A stretch of 64,000 bases of DNA from Campylobacteraceae bacterium (GCA_027024155.1 JALVTE010000076.1:35301-99300), one strand, 5' to 3'; shown: positions 10,255 to 21,043, counted from the first letter of the stretch. Numbers and translations: made by a program. Notes: generated by a model from the letters alone, not told the origin.

Positions 10255-11847
10255 TTAAGCCAAAGAAGCCATATACTCTTCGTAATTTCCTTCGAAAATG
10301 TCTATAGTACCATCATCTTTAATTTTAATAATCTTATTAGCAAAGGCATCTATCAATTCACGGTCGTGAGTAACACAAATTACTCCACCTTGATATTGGT
10401 GCAGTGCTTCACCAAGGGCAATAATAGCCTCTAAGTCTAAGTGGTTGTTTGGCTCATCTAAAACTAAGAAGTTAGCACTATCCATCATCATTTTACTTAG
10501 CATAATTCTGTGTTTCTCACCACCAGAGCAGGCAACTACCTCTTTCTCTTGCTCTTCACCATTAAATAGCATTCTTCCTAAGCACTGTCTAATTTCATCG
10601 ATATGCCACTTTAAATCATGCCCTTGAATCCACTCGTATAGTTTTTCGTGAGCATCTAATATCTCTGTTGTATTTTGAGGGAAGTATGTAGGTGTAACAG
10701 TTTGACCCCATTTAACACTACCACTATCAGGCTCTAAATTACCCATAATAATCTCTACTAAAGTAGTTTTACCAACACCATTACCACCAATAATTGCGAT
10801 TTTATCCTCTTTATTAACCTTAAATGATATACCATTTAATACTTTATGCTCACCATAAGCTTTATGAATATCATTAACTTCTAAAACTTCGTTTCCTATC
10901 TCTCTGCTAGCTTTAAACATAATAGATGGGTCACGGCGAGAAGATATTTTAACCTCTTCAATATCTAACTTTTCAAGCTGTTTCTGACGACTCGTAGCTT
11001 GCTTTGCTTTAGATGCATTTGCACTAAATCTAGCGATAAACTTCTCTAAATCCTCTTTCTCTTTAAGCTTCTTACTACGCTCTAGCTCAGACTGTTTCTT
11101 AATTAAGTTAGCAGCGATATACCACTCATCGTAGTTTCCTGTAAACTCTCTAATTTGTTTAAAGTCTAAATCTAAAATATGTGTTACAACAGCATTTAAA
11201 AAGTGTCTATCGTGAGAGATAATAACAACAACACCTTCGTAACGTTTAATCTCCTCTTCTAACCAAGATATTGTCTCCATATCAAGGTTGTTTGTAGGCT
11301 CATCTAATAACAAAATATCTGGTTGCAAAAATAGTACTTGTGCCAAAAGTATCTTAACCTTATCACCACCTGTTAATGTGCTCATTAAATTATCATGCGT
11401 CTCTACCGGGAAACCTAAAGATGTTAAAAGTTTTTCTATCTTTACTTCGCTCTCGTAAGTTGGGTCTTCGTCTGCACAAATCATCTCTAACTCTGCAAGG
11501 CGATTGTTTACTTCATCACTCTCAAAATCACCCTCCATATAGAGTTTCTCTTTCTCTTTTTGTGCTTCATATAACTTCTTATTACCATAAAGAACTGCAT
11601 CTTTCAAAGTAAAATCTTCAAATGCAAATTGATTCTGGCTTAAAACTCCAAGCCTAGCTCCTGGCTGAATATGTACTTCTCCTTCGCTAGGCTCTAACTC
11701 TCCTGCCAAAATTTTCATAAAAGTAGACTTTCCAGCCCCATTAGCCCCAATAAGCCCATATCTCTTACCTGGGTCTAGTGTTAAATTTATCTTCTCAAAA
11801 AGAACTCTTTTTCCATATCTTTGCGTTAAATTTACTGTGCTTAACAT
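10255..11847 (-). CDS. ABC-F family ATPase (two ABC cassettes, no membrane domain)
   Basis: 530 aa. Has Walker A motifs GANGAGKST and GGNGVGKTT, two signature/Walker B sets, and a charged linker. Confidence 0.85.
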   Translation of the reverse strand: MLSTVNLTQRYGKRVLFEKINLTLDPGKRYGLIGANGAGKSTFMKILAGELEPSEGEVHIQPGARLGVLSQNQFAFEDFTLKDAVLYGNKKLYEAQKEKEKLYMEGDFESDEVNNRLAELEMICADEDPTYESEVKIEKLLTSLGFPVETHDNLMSTLTGGDKVKILLAQVLFLQPDILLLDEPTNNLDMETISWLEEEIKRYEGVVVIISHDRHFLNAVVTHILDLDFKQIREFTGNYDEWYIAANLIKKQSELERSKKLKEKEDLEKFIARFSANASKAKQATSRQKQLEKLDIEEVKISSRRDPSIMFKASREIGNEVLEVNDIHKAYGEHKVLNGISFKVNKEDKIAIIGGNGVGKTTLVEIIMGNLEPDSGSVKWGQTVTPTYFPQNTTEILDAHEKLYEWIQGHDLKWHIDEIRQCLGRMLFNGEEQEKEVVACSGGEKHRIMLSKMMMDSANFLVLDEPNNHLDLEAIIALGEALHQYQGGVICVTHDRELIDAFANKIIKIKDDGTIDIFEGNYEEYMASLA

Positions 11848-11965
11848 ATACTATTTTCTCCATTAAAAGGTTTATCGAATAATATCATTTATTCTATAAA
11901 AGAGCGCATAATCATTAACTTCAGTTTTTAATAAGAGTCTCTTTTTATCTTAAACTTCAATCATG

Positions 11966-12565
11966 CTATTTGAAAGCAGTCAATAAAAAAACATTAAAAT
12001 CTTTGTGAGGTTTCGAGATTTTAGTTACTGTCTCTATTTTACAATTTTTAAAGCCACTCTCTTGTACTAATTGTTTTAAATCTTCATTTTCAAATCCAAA
12101 ATGCTCTACACCTGTATCTGTGTCATGAAATGTTCCATCTTCGCTCTCTAAGTCTGCTATTGCTATAAAGCCACCACTTTTTAACATTTTAGCAAATTTT
12201 TCAAGCATTGTTTTTATATCTTTTATGTGGTGCATTGTCATAGATGTTACTATGCCATCTACCTGAATATCTAAATCTTGTTTAGTTAAGTCTAGCTCTA
12301 TAATATCTAATTTGCAAGGCAACTCTTTTTCTCTAAGTATGCTTGTCATAGAGGGTGATATATCTATAGCAGTAACTTTAGCTATATCGTTAGAGAGTGC
12401 TTCTAGTAGTAAGCCTGTACCTGAGCCAAAGTCTATAATGTGTGTCTCTTTTGTTAAATTAATATTCTCTTTAATCTTAGCAGCAATAGCATTAGCAGTA
12501 TCTAATCTTCTTTGTAGTGCATCGTACTCTTTTGCTTTATGTGCAAATTTATCTTCACTATTCAT
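11966..12565 (-). CDS. class I SAM-dependent methyltransferase
   Basis: 199 aa. Has motif I, IIDFGSGTGLL. Confidence 0.7.
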   Translation of the reverse strand: MNSEDKFAHKAKEYDALQRRLDTANAIAAKIKENINLTKETHIIDFGSGTGLLLEALSNDIAKVTAIDISPSMTSILREKELPCKLDIIELDLTKQDLDIQVDGIVTSMTMHHIKDIKTMLEKFAKMLKSGGFIAIADLESEDGTFHDTDTGVEHFGFENEDLKQLVQESGFKNCKIETVTKISKPHKDFNVFLLTAFK

Positions 12566-12587
12566 AATTTCTATATTACCTTTTAAG

Positions 12588-12618
12588 TGTAAAAGGGTGT
12601 GCTAAGGATAGCACACCC
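12588..12618 (-). terminator. rho-independent terminator after the transporter gene
   Basis: 10-bp GC-rich stem GGGTGTGCTA/TAGCACACCC (12595-12618) with a 4-nt loop. On the minus strand it is followed by TTTT. Confidence 0.6.
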
Positions 12619-12657
12619 TACCTCACTATCTACTATAAACTATCTACCATCCACTAA

Positions 12658-13971
12658 CTAAGCTCCAATTCCAAAAATAATAAATTGAACATACCAAATA
12701 GCAATAGATGTGATATACCCTATTAATATAGTCCAAGCATATTTCATATGAGAGCTAAATGTGTATATTCCTTTCATTTTTCCCATAACTCCAACACCTG
12801 CAGCTGAACCAAAGCTTATTAAACTACCACCAATACCTGCAGTCATAGTAACTAACATCCACTGTGCAGTATGTGCATCACCCATATTTGGATTAGATTT
12901 TAGTACAGCACTCATAACAGGTACATTATCTATAATTGCAGATACAAATCCTACACCAATATTTACAACTGTTGGTCCTAATGTATCATATAGTTTTGTA
13001 AAATACTCTAAGTAACCTAAAAAGTGTAAACCACCAACTGCTGCTAAGATACCAAAGAAGAAAAGCAAAGTGTCATTCTCTATTTTTGCAATCCAAGCAA
13101 ATGGGTTTAAGTGTGTATCGGATGGACTTCTATTAATTCTATAAACATACATTTTAAGTAAAGCCAAACCAAACATCATACCCCACATAGCAGGTAAATG
13201 AAGTAGTTGATGAGAAATAACAGCTAAAGCAATAGTAAGTCCAAAAAGAGCAACAATAACTTTTCCACCCTCTAAAACCTTTACTTTTTTCTCTGTAATA
13301 TCAAAATGAGGTTTAGCATTTGGTACAAATCGGCTAAGTAAAAATGCAGTAACTAACCAACCTATAAACGCTGCTGGAAAAAGATATAAAAACTCTTGAA
13401 ATGCCCCTTTGCCATCTATCCAAACCATTAGTGTAGTAATGTCACCAAATGGGCTCCAAGCACCACCAGCATTTGCGGCAACTACTATATTTATAGCACC
13501 AGGAACCAAAAATTTGTGATTATCCTTATCTATTGTAATTAATACTGTAGATAGAATCAGAGCAGTTGTTAAGTTATCTGCAACAGGTGATATAAAAAAT
13601 GCTAATGCACCTGTTATCCAAAATAACTTTTTATAAGAGTAACCTTTTGATACAAGATTATAACGAAGTGCTGCAAATACTCTTCTGTCTATCATAGCTT
13701 CTATATATGTCATAGCAACCATTAAAAAGAAGAAAATTTCTGAAATCTCTACAATTAATTTTTCTGTAGCCGTCTCGAGAGGATGACCATCTAAACCATT
13801 CATTGCAAAATAAACACCTATTAGCATAAAAATAGATGTACCAGTAAATAGTGCTGGTTTTGCTTTATTAATTTGATATTTATCTTCGGTTGCGATAAAG
13901 TAGTAACCGACCACAAATATAATAAGTGAGAGTATTCCAACCCAAGTTGATGTTAAATCTAAATTGTGCAT
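12658..13971 (-). CDS. ArsB/NhaD-family ion transporter (NhaD-like Na+/H+ antiporter)
   Basis: 437 aa polytopic membrane protein with DNLTTALI and SAIIDNVPV motifs. Confidence 0.6.
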   Translation of the reverse strand: MHNLDLTSTWVGILSLIIFVVGYYFIATEDKYQINKAKPALFTGTSIFMLIGVYFAMNGLDGHPLETATEKLIVEISEIFFFLMVAMTYIEAMIDRRVFAALRYNLVSKGYSYKKLFWITGALAFFISPVADNLTTALILSTVLITIDKDNHKFLVPGAINIVVAANAGGAWSPFGDITTLMVWIDGKGAFQEFLYLFPAAFIGWLVTAFLLSRFVPNAKPHFDITEKKVKVLEGGKVIVALFGLTIALAVISHQLLHLPAMWGMMFGLALLKMYVYRINRSPSDTHLNPFAWIAKIENDTLLFFFGILAAVGGLHFLGYLEYFTKLYDTLGPTVVNIGVGFVSAIIDNVPVMSAVLKSNPNMGDAHTAQWMLVTMTAGIGGSLISFGSAAGVGVMGKMKGIYTFSSHMKYAWTILIGYITSIAIWYVQFIIFGIGA

Positions 13972-14023
13972 TTAAGCTCCTATAATTTTATTGTATAATA
14001 GCATAATAAAATTAGATTAATAT

Positions 14024-14617
14024 CTATCTTTTTATATCTTCTACAAAATTATACATTAAATTTGCCCCAATTACTTTATAGAAAATTTGGGGATAGTTAC
14101 TAAAATCATCATTTAGTGTAACACCACCAATTAATGCAACTTTATGTATAGATAATTTAGCAATTTCTAAAAGTGTTGAGCCACTAATTACCACACCATT
14201 TTTAGTACTTGTAGCTCTATAAGCACCTAATCCTATATAGTCTAACTCTAAACTGTTTGCTAGCTCTATCTCTTTTACATTATGAGTAGATAGTCCTAAA
14301 ATTTTATTGCCTATCTTTTTTCTTAATAAATCTACAGCTATATTAAAATTCTTATCTATTTTGGCTAAATCTTCTTGCCCCATATGTAAACCATCAGCAA
14401 ATTCGATATATTCTAAATAATCATTTAAAATTAAAGAGCCATTATATATATTATTTATAATTTTTAAATCGTTATAAATTACTTTTTTATCTGCAATTTT
14501 ATTTCGATATTGTGCTATTGTAATATTTTGTGAATTTAAGTAGTCTATGTAGGCTTTTAACTCTATTCCAAGCCTATCTAAGGCTTGTTTATCAATTAAT
14601 GCATATATATTATTTAT
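14024..14617 (-). CDS. thiamine-phosphate synthase family (ThiE/TenI-like), probably ATA-initiated
   Basis: The ORF-track ATG at 14383 lies inside the conserved ADGLHMGQEDL motif. The frame stays open up to the accD stop and encodes IYALIDKQ...ITIAQYRNK. The only SD-preceded start candidate is AAGGAAG-N5-ATA at 14615-14617. Confidence 0.55.
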   Translation of the reverse strand: MNNIYALIDKQALDRLGIELKAYIDYLNSQNITIAQYRNKIADKKVIYNDLKIINNIYNGSLILNDYLEYIEFADGLHMGQEDLAKIDKNFNIAVDLLRKKIGNKILGLSTHNVKEIELANSLELDYIGLGAYRATSTKNGVVISGSTLLEIAKLSIHKVALIGGVTLNDDFSNYPQIFYKVIGANLMYNFVEDIKR

Positions 14618-14626
14618 GACTCTTCC

Positions 14627-15469
14627 TTAATCTCTATTGAAAAGCTTTAAAAATTTAGATACACTATCTTTCATTTTATTTCTATCTACCACCATATCTA
14701 TAAGCCCATGCTCTAGTAAAAATTCAGCACGTTGAAAACCTTCTGGTAAATCTGCTCCTATTGTCTGCTTTATTACTCTTTGTCCGGCAAAACCTATTAA
14801 TGTATTAGGCTCAGCTATAATAATATCTCCAAGCATAGCAAACGAAGCACTAACACCACCCATTGTCGGGTCTGTTAAGATAGATATATATGGCAGTTTT
14901 TTATCTGCTAATCTCTGTAAAGCTGCTGCTGTTTTACTCATTTGAAGTAGAGAGTATGTACTTTCTTGCATTCTAGCCCCTCCACTTGCACTTACAATTA
15001 CTACACCGCATTTTCTCTCGATTGCTCTATTGATTGCTCTTACAATTTTTTCACCCTCTACTGAGCCTAAACTTCCGCCCATAAATGCAAAATCAAAAAC
15101 CACAAGCTCTGCATCTATTCCACCAATTTTGCAACTACCGCTAATTACAGAAGAGACTCTACCGCCAGTTTTTGCTTTGCCCTCTTCTATTCTCTTTTTA
15201 TAACTCTTTTTATCAACAAATTTAAGTGGGTCGTTTGGGCTTAAATTTGTATCTTTCTCTTCAAATGTTCCTTCATCAGCTAAAAGTTCTACTCTTTTAT
15301 TTGCATCTATTCTAAAATGGTGGCTACATTTTGGGCAGACATTACTTAGAGCATCTACCTCTTTATAGTACATTAAAGCTTGGCATTTAGGACACTTTAC
15401 CCAGTGGCTTGGTGCATCGTTTTGACTTGATTGTTTTCTAAAACCACTAAAAATACTACTTAAATTCAT
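14627..15469 (-). CDS. accD: acetyl-CoA carboxylase carboxyltransferase beta subunit
   Basis: 280 aa. Has the Zn ribbon CPKC...CPKC and a carboxyltransferase core (MGGSLGSV, SGGARMQE). Confidence 0.9.
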   Translation of the reverse strand: MNLSSIFSGFRKQSSQNDAPSHWVKCPKCQALMYYKEVDALSNVCPKCSHHFRIDANKRVELLADEGTFEEKDTNLSPNDPLKFVDKKSYKKRIEEGKAKTGGRVSSVISGSCKIGGIDAELVVFDFAFMGGSLGSVEGEKIVRAINRAIERKCGVVIVSASGGARMQESTYSLLQMSKTAAALQRLADKKLPYISILTDPTMGGVSASFAMLGDIIIAEPNTLIGFAGQRVIKQTIGADLPEGFQRAEFLLEHGLIDMVVDRNKMKDSVSKFLKLFNRD

Positions 15470-16200
15470 AATATTTCCTCTTTTATAATATTTTCTATTG
15501 TGCTAGCAACACTTTCTTTATGTGCAACTATAACATAATTGTCGCTAATTCTTACTTTTAAATCTTCGCAAAATGCTAAACCTGCTGCAATGTCGTAAAT
15601 TCTAATATTACCAATATATACAACATAGTTGACTCTATGTGCATATGCAAGCGATAGTGCTACAGCCCCAGGTGCCCTATATTTTAAATCATTTTCAAAT
15701 AATCTTTTTACGACACCATCAAACGCATAAGAGCGTTCAAAAAGCCCAATTTTAGGATTACTAATTGTAACTTCATCTTTAAATTCTAACTTATCTAGTG
15801 TTGCCACTTTTAGAGTATCGTTATTAAACTTGTAAAATATCTCACCATTTGCAAAATTACAAACTACAGCAACTTGCAACAGACCATCTGAGCCAATAAA
15901 AGCAACTGAGCTTCCATAATATGGAAAATTGGTTAAAATATTTGAGCTACCATCTAGCGGGTCTATTATAATTTTATTCTCGCCTTCGCCTATTATACCC
16001 GACTCTTCTGACTCTATATGACCAAATTTACTAAGATGTTTTACAAATATAGACTCTGCAAATAGGTCTATTCCACTAGATACATCGCCACCAGCTCCAA
16101 CTTCGTACTCTTTAAACCACTCTTGCTTAAAGCCACTCTTTATTGCACTATAAATCTCTTGATTTGCCTCTATTGTAGCTTCTAAAAAATCTTTTTTCAT
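15466..16200 (-). CDS. inositol monophosphatase family protein
   Basis: Has the DPLDGSSN motif. The preferred start is the ATG at 16198-16200 (MKKDFLEA). The ORF-track start at 16290 would overlap recO. Confidence 0.75.
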   Translation of the reverse strand: MKKDFLEATIEANQEIYSAIKSGFKQEWFKEYEVGAGGDVSSGIDLFAESIFVKHLSKFGHIESEESGIIGEGENKIIIDPLDGSSNILTNFPYYGSSVAFIGSDGLLQVAVVCNFANGEIFYKFNNDTLKVATLDKLEFKDEVTISNPKIGLFERSYAFDGVVKRLFENDLKYRAPGAVALSLAYAHRVNYVVYIGNIRIYDIAAGLAFCEDLKVRISDNYVIVAHKESVASTIENIIKEEIL

Positions 16201-16255
16201 TAAATAACCTAATTTTTTTGGTAGAATATTATATCTAAAAAATACAAAGGCAATA

Positions 16256-16873
16256 ATGAAAGGTTTTATTTTAAAATTAAATCGTGCCAAAAACGAAGAT
16301 ATGGTAGTTACAATTTTAAGTGAACATACAGTAGATAGTTACTACCGCTTTTATGGAGCAAGACACTCTGTACTTCAACTTGGCTATTTAATCGATTTTG
16401 AAGTAGAACAAGACAAAGCAAACTTTCTACCACGAATTAGAAATATAACCCATAATGGATTCCAATGGTTATATAATCGCGAAAAACTTATGAATTGGCA
16501 TAGGTTTATATCTATTTTCGAGCCACACTTTAGAGATGTTAAAGAGATAGACAGCTTCTATTTTTACTCTCTTTTAGATACTGCCAAAAAGTGGGAGAAG
16601 CAAAATAGTAGAAGATTAATAGTCGAAACCTTTACTAATATTTTAAAATATGAAGGAAGGATAAATAACCTCTCTAAATGCGTTATATGCGGTTCTAAAA
16701 TAGAAAATGAATTAAGTTTAATAAAAGGTTTTATGCCAACTCATCCATTTTGTAGCCACAGTGTAGCTGTAGATAAAAATTCTATAGAGAACCTATTTGG
16801 TACCTCCTCTACTCTAATGTTAAATGATGATACAGTAGAAGTTTTATCAGAAATTGCACTTAAAGGATTTTAG
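16256..16873 (+). CDS. recO: DNA repair protein RecO (short epsilonproteobacterial type)
   Basis: 205 aa. Has an OB-like N-terminus, MKGFILKLNRAKNEDMVVTIL, and a C-terminal Cys cluster, CVICGSK...HPFC. Confidence 0.6.
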   Translation: MKGFILKLNRAKNEDMVVTILSEHTVDSYYRFYGARHSVLQLGYLIDFEVEQDKANFLPRIRNITHNGFQWLYNREKLMNWHRFISIFEPHFRDVKEIDSFYFYSLLDTAKKWEKQNSRRLIVETFTNILKYEGRINNLSKCVICGSKIENELSLIKGFMPTHPFCSHSVAVDKNSIENLFGTSSTLMLNDDTVEVLSEIALKGF

Positions 16874-17004
16874 GTAAGCAGTAAGCTTAAAGCCAAAAGC
16901 TAATTTGGTAGCTTCGCTATTTTTTATTCATTATATGCTATCTACTTATAAACTTTAAGATATAATTTTGCAAATAGATTTTTTTAGAGGTGCCCTAAAG
17001 CAAA

Positions 17005-17134
17005 AAGCTTACCATTGCTGTCATTCTGAACGGATGCGAAGAATCTAGTTCAAGCGGCTGTGAAGCTAAGAATTTATTTCGCCAATTAGAGTTAGATTCT
17101 TCGCTCCACTCAGAATGACGGCGATTGTAAGCTT
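17005..17134. repeat. ~130-bp long-hairpin intergenic element (family A copy 1)
   Basis: AAGCTTACCATTGCTGTCATTCTGAACGGATGCGAAGAATCT ... AGATTCTTCGCTCCACTCAGAATGACGGCGATTGTAAGCTT. The arms are mutually complementary. Near-identical copies lie at 22806 and 47301. Confidence 0.8.
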
Positions 17135-17213
17135 TAAATATGATACATTTTTGCAAAAGTAGAATAACTTAATGCCAATGAAAGGTACCTATAATAATTA
17201 ACAAGGCAAAGAA

Positions 17214-18617
17214 TTGAGTTTTTATTTATATGATTCCGTTAAAAAAGATAAGTTAGAGTTTAAATCTATCAAAGAGAATGAGGCTACTATCTATGTATGT
17301 GGTCCTACAGTTTATGACGATGCACATTTAGGGCATGCTAGAAGTGCTTTAAGTTTCGATATGCTAAAGCGTACACTTAAAGCTTTGGGTTACAAAGTTA
17401 CATTAGCAAAAAACTTTACAGATATTGATGATAAAATCATTAATAAACTGGCAAATAGTAATAAAACACTAGAAGAGCTAACTCAATATTATATAGACAG
17501 GTACTTAGAAGATATGTCTGCTCTTGGAGTTGAGAGAGCAGATGTAGAGCCAAAAGCTACAGAGTCTATAGATGCTATTGAATCTATGATAAATAGACTC
17601 TTAGAGAGTGATTGTGCTTATAAAATTGATAATGGCGATATATACTTTGATACAAGTAAAGATAGTAAATATGGCTCTATTTCACATATGGTTACAGAAG
17701 ATGAGCAAAATATTAGCCGAATAGAGGCAAATAGCCAAAAGCGTAACCCTAAAGATTTTGCTCTCTGGAAAGCTTGCGAGCAGAAAGATGTATGTTTTAA
17801 CTCAAAAGTAGGTATGGGTCGTCCAGGTTGGCACATAGAGTGTTCGGCTATGATAGAGAAGATATTTGAGGGTGATGAAAATTACTGCATAGATATACAC
17901 TGTGGCGGTGCAGATTTACTGTTTCCTCACCATGAAAATGAAGCAGCACAAACTAGATGTGCCCTAAATAAAGAGATAGCAAAATATTGGGTACACAATG
18001 GCTTTGTGCAGATAGATGGTGAGAAGATGAGCAAAAGCCTTGGCAATAGCTTTTTCTTAAAAGATGCACTGAAAATTTATGATGGAGAATTACTTAGATA
18101 TTATTTAATATCAGTAAATTATCGGAATGATTTTAACTTTAACGAAGTAGATTTATTAAACAGCAAGAAGCGGTTAGATAAACTATATCGTCTTAAAAAG
18201 CGTTTATATGGTGGAAAAGTTGGGCAGGTAAATAAAGAGTTCAAAAATACCTTGATAGAGGCAATGAGCGATGATTTAAATAGCTCTAAAGCTATGGCGA
18301 TTGTAGATGAAATGATTACAAGTGCAAACGATAGTTTAGATAAAGAACCTAAAAACAGAGCATTAAAACAAGAGATTTTAGCTAATATAAAGTTTATAAA
18401 TGAACTTTTAGGTATTGGTGCCAAAGATGCAATAGAGTGGTTTCAACAAGGCGTAAGTAGCGAAGATAAGGCTAAAATAGAAGAGCTTATAGAGCAAAGA
18501 GCCCAAGCGAAAAAAGAGAAAAATTTTGCAAAAGCAGATAGCATTAGAGATGAACTAACAGCCATGAATATTGCAATTATGGATTTAGCTGATGGCACAA
18601 AATGGGAAAAACTGTAA
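17214..18617 (+). CDS. cysS: cysteinyl-tRNA synthetase
   Basis: 467 aa with a TTG start. Has HIGH-type HLGHARS and KMSKS motifs. Confidence 0.92.
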   Translation: MSFYLYDSVKKDKLEFKSIKENEATIYVCGPTVYDDAHLGHARSALSFDMLKRTLKALGYKVTLAKNFTDIDDKIINKLANSNKTLEELTQYYIDRYLEDMSALGVERADVEPKATESIDAIESMINRLLESDCAYKIDNGDIYFDTSKDSKYGSISHMVTEDEQNISRIEANSQKRNPKDFALWKACEQKDVCFNSKVGMGRPGWHIECSAMIEKIFEGDENYCIDIHCGGADLLFPHHENEAAQTRCALNKEIAKYWVHNGFVQIDGEKMSKSLGNSFFLKDALKIYDGELLRYYLISVNYRNDFNFNEVDLLNSKKRLDKLYRLKKRLYGGKVGQVNKEFKNTLIEAMSDDLNSSKAMAIVDEMITSANDSLDKEPKNRALKQEILANIKFINELLGIGAKDAIEWFQQGVSSEDKAKIEELIEQRAQAKKEKNFAKADSIRDELTAMNIAIMDLADGTKWEKL

Positions 18618-18626
18618 GGAAGAAAA

Positions 18627-19691
18627 ATGAGTATATGTAATTATGAAAATATGAAAAAACTGATGTTTAAATTAAGCCCTGAGAATGCACATAAAGTTGC
18701 AAGTATTGGGCTTAAACTATTAGGGCACTGCCCTCTTATATTTAAAATAATGGTAAAAAGAAACTTTGTCGAAAATGAGATGTTAAAGCAACAACTCTTT
18801 GGTACTACATTTCACAATCCTGTAGGCTTGGCAGCGGGGTTTGATAAAGATGGCGATTATATTAAAGCTATGCCAGCATTAGGTTTTGGTTTTACAGAAA
18901 TTGGCACAGTTACACCAAAACCACAACCAGGTAACCCAAAACCTAGACTATTTAGATTAATAGATGAAAACTCTATTCAAAATGCTATGGGCTTTAATAA
19001 TAAAGGTAGCTACTATATGCTACAAAGACTAAAAAAGGTTAAATTTTTTAACCTACCAATAGGTATAAATATTGGCAAAAACAAAGTAACTCCTGAGAGA
19101 GAAGCTCTAAAAGATTATGAATTACTATTTAGAGCATTTAAAGATTACGGAACATATATTGTAATTAATATCTCTTCGCCAAATACACCAGGGCTTAGAG
19201 ATTTACAAAACGAAACTTTTATAAATGCAGTATTTAAAATTGGTAAAAGTATAACAAAAAAGCCAATTTTACTAAAAATTGCACCAGATATGAGTAGTGA
19301 TGATGCAGTAAATTTATGCAAAAGTGCTGTAAAAGCAGGTGCAAGCGGTATTATTGCTACTAATACTACAATAGATTACTCTCTAACGCCAAATGCAAAA
19401 GATTTTGGTGGCATTAGTGGAGAGCTTCTAAAAGAGAAATCTTTTGAGATATTTGAAGCAATATCAAAAGAACTTTTCGGTAAAACAGTACTTATAAGTG
19501 CTGGTGGTATCGATTCTGCCGAAGAAGCATACCGAAGAATTAAAGCTGGTGCCTCTTTAGTGCAAGTTTACTCAGCACTTATATATAAAGGACCATCTTT
19601 AGTTAGAGATATTAACAAAGGGCTTATTATGCTAATGAAAAAAGATGGTTATGCTACAATTTATGAAGCTATAGGTGCAGATAGAAAATAG
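18627..19691 (+). CDS. pyrD: dihydroorotate dehydrogenase (quinone), class 2
   Basis: 354 aa. Has GFNNKG, NISSPNTPGLR and IATNTT motifs. Confidence 0.9.
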   Translation: MSICNYENMKKLMFKLSPENAHKVASIGLKLLGHCPLIFKIMVKRNFVENEMLKQQLFGTTFHNPVGLAAGFDKDGDYIKAMPALGFGFTEIGTVTPKPQPGNPKPRLFRLIDENSIQNAMGFNNKGSYYMLQRLKKVKFFNLPIGINIGKNKVTPEREALKDYELLFRAFKDYGTYIVINISSPNTPGLRDLQNETFINAVFKIGKSITKKPILLKIAPDMSSDDAVNLCKSAVKAGASGIIATNTTIDYSLTPNAKDFGGISGELLKEKSFEIFEAISKELFGKTVLISAGGIDSAEEAYRRIKAGASLVQVYSALIYKGPSLVRDINKGLIMLMKKDGYATIYEAIGADRK

Positions 19692-19714
19692 CTAAAAGCT
19701 ACATTGGAGGCTAG

Positions 19715-21043
19715 ATGAATATTAAATATACAGCAGTAGCACTGCTTACAATTTTAGGAGAGTTAATGGCAAGTTCATTACCGAAACATTATATAAAAAA
19801 ATTAGATAACAACTTAACAGTTTGTGCCATACCACTACACAATCATACAAATGTAGTAACTACAGATGTATTCTACAAAGTCGGAAGTGGAGATGAGTTT
19901 ATGGGGAAGAGTGGAATTGCCCATATGTTAGAGCATATGAACTTTAAATCTACAAAAAATTTAAAAGCTGGTGAGTTCGATAAAATAGTAAAAGCACATG
20001 GTGGTGTCAATAATGCATCTACCGGATTTGACTATACGCACTACTTTATAAAGAGTTCGAGCTCCAATATGCCAACATCTATGAAGCTTTTTGCAGAATT
20101 AATGCAAAACTTGAGCCTAAAAGACGAAGAGTTTCAAAAAGAGCGAAATGTGGTAGCCGAAGAGAGACTATGGAGAACAGACAATAGCCCTATTGGCTAT
20201 CTATACTTTAGACTTTTTAACGAACACTTTACATCACTCAGTTACCACTGGACACCAATAGGATTTATGGCAGATATAAAGGGTTGGAATATTAATGATA
20301 TAAGAGAGTTCCATGATAAATTTTATAAACCTGAAAATGCTATTTTATTAGTTGCTGGAGATATTGATAAAGACGAAGTATTTAAAGAGGCAGAAAAGTA
20401 TTTTGGCAAAATAAAAAATAAAAAGAGCCCATTTAATAGCTCTCTGTTTCAAACGTTTAAGCCACATGAAGCACCTAGAAATAGCAAAAAAATGGTAATA
20501 GAACACAAAAAAGGAAATAGTGTAGAGACAATCGCAATAGCCTACTCTATTCCTAAATTTGATGACAAAGACCAACTAGCACTCTCTGTAATTACTGAAA
20601 TTTTAAGCAATGGTAAGAGTAGCCGACTTTATAAAGATATGGTAGAGCAAAAACAGATGGCAAGTACTGTGTATGGCTATAATATGGATTTAAAAGATGC
20701 TGGTGTATTTATATTTTTAGCAATGGCAACACCAAAATATAGCGGTGAAGATTTGGATAAAGAGATATTAAAACAGATAGAGCAGTTAAAGCAAGGCAAA
20801 GTAACACAAGAAGAGTTAGATAAGGTAAAACTAAATATAAAAGTTGGCTTTCTAAAAGATTTAGATAGCTCTAGCTCTATTGCATCTTTGTTTGGTAGTT
20901 ATTTAGCACGAGGAAATTTGAAACCTTTATTAGAGTATGAAGATTTTTTAGATAAAATAACGCTAAAAGATATCCAAGAGGTTGCTAAAAAGTATTTTGA
21001 CAACTCTAAATCGACAACGATAATTCTTAGGAGAGATAAATGA
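19715..21043 (+). CDS. M16 family zinc peptidase
   Basis: 442 aa. Has the inverted zinc motif HMLEH and a signal-like N-terminus. Confidence 0.8.
   Translation: MNIKYTAVALLTILGELMASSLPKHYIKKLDNNLTVCAIPLHNHTNVVTTDVFYKVGSGDEFMGKSGIAHMLEHMNFKSTKNLKAGEFDKIVKAHGGVNNASTGFDYTHYFIKSSSSNMPTSMKLFAELMQNLSLKDEEFQKERNVVAEERLWRTDNSPIGYLYFRLFNEHFTSLSYHWTPIGFMADIKGWNINDIREFHDKFYKPENAILLVAGDIDKDEVFKEAEKYFGKIKNKKSPFNSSLFQTFKPHEAPRNSKKMVIEHKKGNSVETIAIAYSIPKFDDKDQLALSVITEILSNGKSSRLYKDMVEQKQMASTVYGYNMDLKDAGVFIFLAMATPKYSGEDLDKEILKQIEQLKQGKVTQEELDKVKLNIKVGFLKDLDSSSSIASLFGSYLARGNLKPLLEYEDFLDKITLKDIQEVAKKYFDNSKSTTIILRRDK

Noticed and set aside
16201-16290. Long N-terminal extension of the inositol monophosphatase ORF
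   Set aside because: The extension overlaps the recO start and its upstream region and has no family-like sequence. The internal ATG at 16200 (MKKDFLEA) fits the family N-terminus.
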